From positions 1-54,873 of the forward strand of contig JAWXAY010000016.1 of assembly GCA_034439715.1 (NCBI GenBank): a DNA stretch of 54,873 nt, written 5' to 3'. The DNA comes from Pseudomonadota bacterium (lineage in GTDB: Bacteria > Bdellovibrionota > Bdellovibrionia > Bdellovibrionales > SG-bin7). The first letter of the stretch is position 1. Each line of letters starts with the position of its first letter. Under the pieces are notes generated by a model. The model saw only the letters and a list, made by a program, of their open reading frames with translations, was not told the DNA's origin and did not search any database. Below are positions 48,109 to 54,873 of this stretch, piece by piece. The translations under genes and the position numbers were made by a program.

Positions 48109-49416
48109 ATGAAATATACGCCATTAAACCGTCTGCCTGAGAATGCCAGCAGTAAAAACAGTTATAAAAAAGGTGACCTATTAGTTTTATTCGGAGAGCT
48201 TTTTAATCGCGGCTATGCCAATGGCCTTTTAGAAGAATCCAAAAAAAGAAATCTTGATGTCATTTACTCGACCGTCGGGCGCAGGCAAGACGGAGTTTTA
48301 CGACCATTAAACGCCGAAGAATTAATTACTGCGCCTAAACCAATTCTAAATATTCCTTTAGAGGCAGGGTTTGATTTAGAACCGGCAGAGGGAGGCGCAA
48401 CACCTACGGACTTATTAAAATCAGTAAAGATGGATAACTGGCAGGATTTTAAAATAAATTGGGATTTAGTGAAGGACTCTCAAGCCCGAGCTGAAGCCAG
48501 GATAAAAGAGAAATTTAAAATGTACATGGCTCAACTCGAAGCACATATTAAACCCAACCAGAATGTATTAATCGCGCATCTGATGGCTGGCGGCGTGCCA
48601 CGAGCCCGAATTTTCATGGCCGTTTTAAACAATGTCGTTAAAGCAAAGGGCGATAAATTTATTAAATCGAGTGACTTTTGGAGTTCCGATCTCGGACGCC
48701 TTTCTGATCTCAATTTTAATGATGTGACCGCCAACACTTTTAGATATTTAGTCGAAGCCGCCGCACCCATGCGCGAAAAGCTTGAAAAATCAAATGGAAG
48801 TTTACGTTTTGCGGCCTATGGCTACCATGGCACCGAAGTTTTGGTTCAAAATAATTATCAGTGGCAAAGTTATTCGCCTTATATTCAGGGGTGGGCTAAA
48901 TTGCTTCTCGAAAAATATTCGAGCGATTTTTTTGCCAGAGGGATTTCGACATGTGTTTATAATTGCCCAGAGATTCTCACCAATTCCTCGTCAATATTTC
49001 AAGGGGTTGAAGTTCCACTTTATCCCCTGCTTGCTGCCTATAAAAAAGAAGCCCCCACTGCGACCTACACCAAGAATCTGATTGATCGATGCCAGGCACT
49101 ATTAAAACCAAATAGAACATTAGATGACCTCGTTAAGATTACCGATCATTTTTATTCCCTTAAAAACATCGTACAGAATTTTAATAAATTTGAAGTCTGG
49201 CCCCAGCATAATGAACAAACCCAGATGGAGGCCTTGGTCCAGTGTTCAAACGAGTTAATCGATATGCATCTGGACCCCAAAAATCTTATTACATTTATCT
49301 TAAGCGAAGAAATATTGAAGGGCACCGGTCGCCTGATATTGGCAGATTCATTCAAAATGAGACAACCTGTAGCTTGGCTTAACCACGATATCATCGTGAA
49401 ACAGAACTTAGAGTAA
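48109..49416 (+). CDS. FabMG-family enoyl-ACP reductase
   Basis: KGD..VLFGELF.RGYANGL, STVGRR, N+PLEAGFD, HLMAGG+P, AYGYHGTE+L, WQSY.PY.QGWAK, YNCPEILTNSS; recognised from memory as the FabMG family. Confidence 0.75.
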   Translation: MKYTPLNRLPENASSKNSYKKGDLLVLFGELFNRGYANGLLEESKKRNLDVIYSTVGRRQDGVLRPLNAEELITAPKPILNIPLEAGFDLEPAEGGATPTDLLKSVKMDNWQDFKINWDLVKDSQARAEARIKEKFKMYMAQLEAHIKPNQNVLIAHLMAGGVPRARIFMAVLNNVVKAKGDKFIKSSDFWSSDLGRLSDLNFNDVTANTFRYLVEAAAPMREKLEKSNGSLRFAAYGYHGTEVLVQNNYQWQSYSPYIQGWAKLLLEKYSSDFFARGISTCVYNCPEILTNSSSIFQGVEVPLYPLLAAYKKEAPTATYTKNLIDRCQALLKPNRTLDDLVKITDHFYSLKNIVQNFNKFEVWPQHNEQTQMEALVQCSNELIDMHLDPKNLITFILSEEILKGTGRLILADSFKMRQPVAWLNHDIIVKQNLE

Positions 49417-49467
49417 ATCCGCCTCGATTTTGCTAAAAAATAGATGACATGCTACCGATAGGCCATA

Positions 49468-49929
49468 ATGGGAATGCTTGATCGCTATCGCAGAAAAGGG
49501 GGTTTTTTACAGCTTTTAAAACTCTTAGAAGGCTGTGCTCCCGCCAAACAAGCTCAGCTACTCGATGTTATCCAGAAAGAAGATGCTGACTGGGCCAGTT
49601 TACTCAAGAAGAAAATGTTATCCCTAGAAATTATCTTTAACTGGAAAGCTGAAACTCTTGCGGAATTTACCCACCTCTTGCCACCTAAAACTCTGGCTTA
49701 TGCTGTAAAAAAACTTGGCCCTGATGCACTTCAAAAAGCTATTACTTGCTTTGCTCACACTAAAAAGCGCGAAATTGAGGACATCTTCAGCTCTTCGTCA
49801 CCTTCTCCAGGAGAAATGCTGGCGGCGACGGGCAAAATCATTGAAAAAGTTCGCGAGCTCACGGATAATGGAACCTTGAAGTTTGAAAGGTTTGCCCCGG
49901 AGCTGACACTTGACGACGAAGCCGCATAA
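49468..49929 (+). CDS. Stand-alone FliG C-terminal-domain-like protein
   Basis: LL..I..ED...A..+.K.M.S.E.+ ... LA.A+K ... E+.AA..KI+..VREL...G.+; no flagellar genes nearby. Confidence 0.7.
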   Translation: MGMLDRYRRKGGFLQLLKLLEGCAPAKQAQLLDVIQKEDADWASLLKKKMLSLEIIFNWKAETLAEFTHLLPPKTLAYAVKKLGPDALQKAITCFAHTKKREIEDIFSSSSPSPGEMLAATGKIIEKVRELTDNGTLKFERFAPELTLDDEAA

Positions 49930-50839
49930 AAAACACCTAGTAACTCACCAAATTGTAGATCGTTCCATTTCACTTAATGCCTATTTGAGAGAAAATGTAA
50001 ATTTAACCGAGTCGACTGCTCAGTTTCTAATGTCTATGGGGGCAGTTTATATCAATGAAATCCGCACTGACGGCAACCCCGATCTTAATCCCAATGATTA
50101 TTTGAGAATTCATCACGAGCCCAAAAGATTTCCAGCGGATAAAATTGAGTGGAAAAATACTGTGATATTCGAAAATTCAGAATTGTTGGTGATTGATAAA
50201 CCCTACGGAATACCTGTTCATGCGACTCTCGACAATAACCAGGAGAACGTGCTTCATTGTCTAAGCGAAGTACTTAAATCACCGCTTCTCGTCACTCATC
50301 GCCTTGACATCGGCACCTCTGGCCTCCTAGTTCTAGCAAAAAATGTACGAGCCCAACGAAATATTAATGAGCAGTTTGCGTTCAAAAAAGTCAGAAAATT
50401 TTACTCTGCTGTCGTCTTTAAGAGTGCCACTAAAGGCGTCACTAATGAGTTAGCGCTTGGATTTTACACTCATTACATGAAGCGAGACCCCAGGGCGCCT
50501 AAAGTTTTATCAAGAGAGGCCCAATTCAATTGGAAAAAATGCGATCTCGAGCTCGTAAGCTGCCAACCCGTCAGCGACAGTTTGTTTCGGGTGGAAATAG
50601 AACTATTAACGGGCCGTAGCCATCAAATAAGGGCCCAGTTTTCACTTCTGGGAAGTCCGATTTTGGGTGACATTATGTACGGCGGAGATTTTCATCCGGC
50701 ACCAGATTACGCCGGTGAATTTTATTTTTTAAGCAGCACACGTCTTAAAATTTTTGATTTTGATTTTATTATCCCGTTTTCACTAAGGCCTTGCGTTCCA
50801 GATACGGCTTTAAAATCTCTCCCAGAAACCTTGATTTAA
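49910..50839 (+). CDS. RluA-family RNA pseudouridine synthase
   Basis: VIDKPYGIPVH, HRLDIGTSG (catalytic Asp), LLTGRSHQIR, PILGD..YG. Confidence 0.92.
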   Translation: MTTKPHKKHLVTHQIVDRSISLNAYLRENVNLTESTAQFLMSMGAVYINEIRTDGNPDLNPNDYLRIHHEPKRFPADKIEWKNTVIFENSELLVIDKPYGIPVHATLDNNQENVLHCLSEVLKSPLLVTHRLDIGTSGLLVLAKNVRAQRNINEQFAFKKVRKFYSAVVFKSATKGVTNELALGFYTHYMKRDPRAPKVLSREAQFNWKKCDLELVSCQPVSDSLFRVEIELLTGRSHQIRAQFSLLGSPILGDIMYGGDFHPAPDYAGEFYFLSSTRLKIFDFDFIIPFSLRPCVPDTALKSLPETLI

Positions 50840-52016
50840 AAAAATACCGATAAAAATCGGTTTCTTCATTTTTATAAATAAAGAGCTCGTGCTCCATATC
50901 TTTTAATCTTTGAACTCGCTTGGCGGTAAATTTTCGGCCCTTCCGCACAAACAGATAGTATTTTTTATTTTTTGGTAGGTGAATGTAGACGCTAAAATCT
51001 AAAGGTATATCGGAGGCAATATCCTCGTGACTGACAATACAGGTCTTTCCATTTTGATCTTGTGTCAGTTTTGGCGTATTTTTTGAGTCGTTAAACGCAA
51101 AGAGCATCGTCAGTCGGGTGGTATCTTCTCCCATAAAAAACTTTTGCGCTGCTGCCAAAAAGGTCTGACGACTTACTTGACTAAACTCGACGGCAACAAC
51201 TTCGCTAAAACTCAGCGTTCTCCCAAGGTTGGTGCATGTAAGTTTAACTTCTTTAATAAACGAATTTACAAGCTTAGTTCGTAAAAACTCAGCTACCTGC
51301 AAATCGAACACTAAAAACCCTGAAAAGCCTTCGGTCCTTACTGAGATCACTTCGGTCATAGTTATATCAGGATTCATTTTTAAGGCGATCATACCCTCGC
51401 GCCCAAATACTTTTCGAAAGGCCGGCCCAACAATTTGCGAGAAAAAGTCTTGTTTATCTTTTGGTTTACTAGCTTTCCGCTCAGTGCGTTTATCACCGGG
51501 TATGATCTTCATTTTTGTCTTTTTAGCTTCGCCAGCAATCACAATCACACCAGCATCTTCTAGCGCCTCAGGTTCTACGTCAAATAAGGCTTGATGTTTG
51601 CGCGTCTCCTTTTTTTCGGGCAGCGGTTCTTTAAGTTTCGATTTTTGAGTGCTGGTTATTATTTTTAGGATTTTATCATAGATCCCCTCACCCGAAATAG
51701 GCGGAAAAAGCAAATAACGAAAGCCCGATTGTGCTAGCACTCGGCTGCTAATCTTGGTTTTGCGCTCGCAAAGGGCGATCACCTGCACCCCAAAACTGCG
51801 GGCGATGATCGGTGCAAATTCGCGAATTTTTTCATTCTTGTGATCGTAACTGACTAGCACAAAGTCGGGGTTTTCTTGAGCGATTAACTTCATACCCTCT
51901 TCAAGATCATGAACGCAGGTAGCATGCCAGCCTTTATTCCTGCAGAATTCAAGCGCGCGCTCTATATCTTCGATGTTCTGAGCTAGTGCTAAAATTTTGA
52001 TTTCTTTAGACTGCAT
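50769..52016 (-). CDS. Pseudo-receiver domain protein with an uncharacterised C-terminal region
   Basis: N-terminal REC-like pattern (KILAL..., NPDFVLVSY); C-terminal +.F.+Y+.LP.N.KY.L+...G..+...+..L motif. Confidence 0.65.
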   Translation of the reverse strand: MQSKEIKILALAQNIEDIERALEFCRNKGWHATCVHDLEEGMKLIAQENPDFVLVSYDHKNEKIREFAPIIARSFGVQVIALCERKTKISSRVLAQSGFRYLLFPPISGEGIYDKILKIITSTQKSKLKEPLPEKKETRKHQALFDVEPEALEDAGVIVIAGEAKKTKMKIIPGDKRTERKASKPKDKQDFFSQIVGPAFRKVFGREGMIALKMNPDITMTEVISVRTEGFSGFLVFDLQVAEFLRTKLVNSFIKEVKLTCTNLGRTLSFSEVVAVEFSQVSRQTFLAAAQKFFMGEDTTRLTMLFAFNDSKNTPKLTQDQNGKTCIVSHEDIASDIPLDFSVYIHLPKNKKYYLFVRKGRKFTAKRVQRLKDMEHELFIYKNEETDFYRYFFKSRFLGEILKPYLERKALVKTG

Positions 52017-52103
52017 AACGGTCTTTTCGTCAGAAAGAAGGAATACTTAAAAGGGCCCTTACCTTTCTCCTGTCTATTCTTTTTACTGTCAAAATACCTG
52101 ACG

Positions 52104-52137
52104 TCTCACTATGGGATTCGAGTGCCTCAGTTTGAGA
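52104..52137. promoter_or_regulatory. Two near-consensus TCTCA-N3-TGAGA sites
   Basis: TCTCActaTGGGA (52104-52116) and CCTCAgttTGAGA (52125-52137), upstream of the FQNC/PA14 gene. Confidence 0.6.
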
Positions 52138-52202
52138 TTAGGTAGATTTGTAATGCCGGAAAAAGTTAAACTTAAGCTACCTTTGGTAACTTTGGAGAAT
52201 GT

Positions 52203-54422
52203 ATGAACAACAAAAGTTTGTTCAGGGCATCTTTGCCCTGGAGCCTTCTAGGTGTCATCCTAATAGTATTAGGATTTTTTCAAAACTGTTCTAAAGTTAA
52301 TTTCGCCAAGAATGATGTTCAGAGCACTTCGAGCATACTTTCTGTGCCTAAAATTTCTATAGAAGGCGGAAGCCCCTTTACCAAAAAATTAAATGTCACC
52401 ATAGACATCAGTGCTTCAAGCTATTCTGAAATGTTTTTGACAAATGATCCTGATTGCGCGGGTGAGCCTATTTGGTCCCCCGTAAAATCCAGTGAAGACT
52501 GGATATTATTAAACGCTGAACAATCAAATTCAGTTTTTGCCATTTTTAAGTCGGACGACGGCCGAGTTAGCCTCTGCACCTCAGCAGGAATTTTACATGA
52601 CTCTATTGCGCCCGTAGGCGACTTCACTGTTTCACCAAAGGCATTCCTGAATGTTCAGTCGGCAAGTCTTGAGTATTATGCTGAAGACCTCGGAAGCGGA
52701 CTTGATAAACTAGAGTGTAAACTCAACGCCGGCCCTATAGATACTTGCAGCTCTGTATCTCAACTTTTGTTTCTCCCCGAAGGTGTCAATACCCTTTATT
52801 ACCGGGCACTGGACAGAGCAAAAAATTATTCTGAATTTGAAGTGGCCTCGTGGTGGGTTGACCTAACAGACCCGACAGTGGCTATTACTAAAGCACCATT
52901 GCCGATGATTAACAAAAGTAATACTGAGATAGTTTCTTCTTCCAGCGATGGAAATGGTTCGGGCATAGACCGACACGTTTGCCTCGTTGACAATATAAAA
53001 TATGATCCTTGTTTGCCGACCTATATCGCCACCAACCTTTCCGAAGGCAACCATGTGTATCAGGTCGTCGCCATCGATAAGGCTGGGAACGTGTCTGCAC
53101 CCGTAGAGGCTAAGTGGCTTGTAGACACCGTCCCCTCAGATGCTTTTGATATTCTGGGTGTGCGTGGTGATAACGAAAATAAAATTGATAACTATTTAGG
53201 TACGAGTCCGAATCCTAACATTTACTGGACAGTGTCTTTGGGCGCGGCCAAATATCAAGTTTCGGTACTCGATTCTAATAAAGTAGAAGTTTGCCCAGTG
53301 GTCGAAGTTATAGCCCTTACTCAATATAAATATATGCCAGCTCAATGTTCATTGATGGACACAAAATACTATTTTGCGAGAGTGATAGCTATTGACCAAG
53401 TCAATAACTCACGAACGGTGGATTTTCTGTTTCGAGTTGATCTCACGCCCCCCGCTTACCTAATTAACCCGCCCATTATTACTTATATCAATAATGCGGG
53501 AATTGTTAATTTATCATTTACAGTATCTGACCTGGTGAGCGGAGTTGAGAACGCCACTTGTTACCGAGTCTTAGGCACTAATATTTTGGAATACCCTTGC
53601 AAAGGTTTAAGCCAACTAACTTTGACAAATTTAGTAAAGGGCGCCTATAAATTTTATATCCAAGCTATCGATATCGCCGGCAATACTTCGCAAAGTACGC
53701 CGCTTGATTTTACTGTTCTGCCTATCGTTTGTGATCCATTTACGATTGGGATGGATAAAAATTGCAAGACGGGAATAAAAGCCAACCTCTACTACATTCC
53801 CGCTGGAGTGACTCCCCCAACTACTGTCGACGGCTATATTGCAAAGGGAACATTAGTTGACGTCCTCATCTACTTTTCTAAACTATTTGTACCTACTCGT
53901 TCCTTTACTGATGGTTTTGCAACGACCGATAATTCGGTGATAAAAAATGGTAAGGGTGAAACCCTGTTTGAATATTTTGCGCTTGATATGCAAACAATAC
54001 TTAAATTGGGACCTAATGATTTGCCAGGAAATTACCAACTGGCCCTATTATCGGACGACGGTTCAATACTTTCGATAAAGCCTAACGGACAAATTGTTCC
54101 CAAGATTATTGTTAACAATGATGGGGACCACCCCACCAAATTAGGCTGCGCAAATGAAGCTCTGGCCTTTGATGCCACCACTAGAATTCCCACTCAGATA
54201 AAATACTATCAAGGTCCAAGAACTCACATCGCACTCTCAGTAATGTGGCGCCCGATTGCAGCGGGCACCTCTTTGGCCGATCCTCTTTGCGGCGTCGCTG
54301 GAAACGATACTTATTTTGGTGCTGATTATAAAAACTTTACTACGGCCGGTTACGCTCAACTCTTACAACGTGGCTGGAGAGTACTCACACCCGAAAACTA
54401 TATTCTGGACGAAAAGCAATAA
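52203..54422 (+). CDS. Surface protein: FQNC signal motif, Ig-like repeats, C-terminal PA14 domain
   Basis: LIVLGFFQNCS; repeated D..SG+....C ... L.EG.+.+.+.A.D.AGN ... W.VD..P; PA14-type LLSDDGS, NNDGDH, +KYYQGP. Confidence 0.85.
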   Translation: MNNKSLFRASLPWSLLGVILIVLGFFQNCSKVNFAKNDVQSTSSILSVPKISIEGGSPFTKKLNVTIDISASSYSEMFLTNDPDCAGEPIWSPVKSSEDWILLNAEQSNSVFAIFKSDDGRVSLCTSAGILHDSIAPVGDFTVSPKAFLNVQSASLEYYAEDLGSGLDKLECKLNAGPIDTCSSVSQLLFLPEGVNTLYYRALDRAKNYSEFEVASWWVDLTDPTVAITKAPLPMINKSNTEIVSSSSDGNGSGIDRHVCLVDNIKYDPCLPTYIATNLSEGNHVYQVVAIDKAGNVSAPVEAKWLVDTVPSDAFDILGVRGDNENKIDNYLGTSPNPNIYWTVSLGAAKYQVSVLDSNKVEVCPVVEVIALTQYKYMPAQCSLMDTKYYFARVIAIDQVNNSRTVDFLFRVDLTPPAYLINPPIITYINNAGIVNLSFTVSDLVSGVENATCYRVLGTNILEYPCKGLSQLTLTNLVKGAYKFYIQAIDIAGNTSQSTPLDFTVLPIVCDPFTIGMDKNCKTGIKANLYYIPAGVTPPTTVDGYIAKGTLVDVLIYFSKLFVPTRSFTDGFATTDNSVIKNGKGETLFEYFALDMQTILKLGPNDLPGNYQLALLSDDGSILSIKPNGQIVPKIIVNNDGDHPTKLGCANEALAFDATTRIPTQIKYYQGPRTHIALSVMWRPIAAGTSLADPLCGVAGNDTYFGADYKNFTTAGYAQLLQRGWRVLTPENYILDEKQ

Positions 54423-54429
54423 TGAGGTT

Positions 54430-54461
54430 CGCGTAAGCTGCCTTACGCGGGTTCTTTCTTT
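54430..54461 (+). terminator. Intrinsic terminator
   Basis: CGCGTAAG-ctgc-CTTACGCG followed by a T-rich tract, 7 bp after the stop codon. Confidence 0.75.
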
Positions 54462-54596
54462 TATTAGTGGATAGGACTAACGCCTTTAAGACTCGCATTC
54501 ATCCGAGCCATCCGGCCTCCGTGTTTTTGTTTTCCTTGCATTGAATTTACCCCCTCGCCCCACTTGCGACTTCTTTTGCAGTTATCTCTCTCTACT

Positions 54597-54873
54597 ATGA
54601 AACAACAAAATCCTTTTAAAATTCCCAGTCACAAAAAAATTTTTGGCGGCGCCCTCTTAAATGGACGACGTAAGGGGGCACGCCCTCTTTCTGCTAGTCA
54701 GGCAATGCACTTAGTGCTGAAATCACAGTGGGCAACTGCCGCAGATAAATTCACAACTCGTGCTAACAAGTCGATTGTTGAAGGAATCATAGCTTCTGCC
54801 GCCAGAAGATACGGCATTCGAATCTATCAAAGCGCCATATGTGGAAATCACATTCACCTGATGATTCGCACCA
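54597..54873 (+). mobile_element. Y1 HUH transposase (RAYT/IS200-like), 5' part, truncated by window end
   Basis: My translation: MKQQNPFKIPSHKKIFGGALLNGRRKGARPLSASQAMHLVLKS...AARRYGIRIYQSAICGNHIHLMIRT. Contains the HUH motif NHIHL and the RP...H+V.+ motif. Confidence 0.85.

Overview
A ~55 kb chromosomal segment that looks like a Bdellovibrionota-type bacterium (inferred from gene-family content, not from a search). Housekeeping blocks: a gamma-domain-less ftsK, a complete reductive pyrimidine-catabolism operon (mmsA-hydA-ureidopropionase-aminotransferase-preT-preA-NCS1), a CBS-less IMPDH/GMPR enzyme, S2P-trpS-scpA-scpB followed by an SdpA-like/HTTM pair, LPS GT9 and waaA, an RND-TolC pump followed by a FabMG-like enoyl-ACP reductase, and an RluA-family synthase. 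Between them lie many secreted or surface genes: a DUF1592/DUF1552 pair, RCC1, PA14/Ig and Cys-rich proteins, twin prepilins, a trypsin-like protease and twin hemerythrin-like genes. A Y1 (RAYT/IS200-like) transposase is cut off at the right edge. The most interesting signals are non-coding. (1) A palindrome TCTCA-N3-TGAGA recurs upstream of the four genes with a [FY]-[QE]-N-C-type signal motif and of both prepilins, suggesting a surface-protein regulon. (2) A ~200 bp structured element right after the ftsK stop resembles an IS110-family left end (bridge-RNA region) joined to a right end with no recombinase gene. (3) A 199 bp nested fold-back element has perfect 27 bp terminal inverted repeats, a perfect central 26 bp palindrome, and supplies a neighbouring gene's stop codon. 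(4) Several sigma-28-like promoters appear, some positioned for leaderless mRNAs. All family assignments come from motif recognition only; no database search was run.
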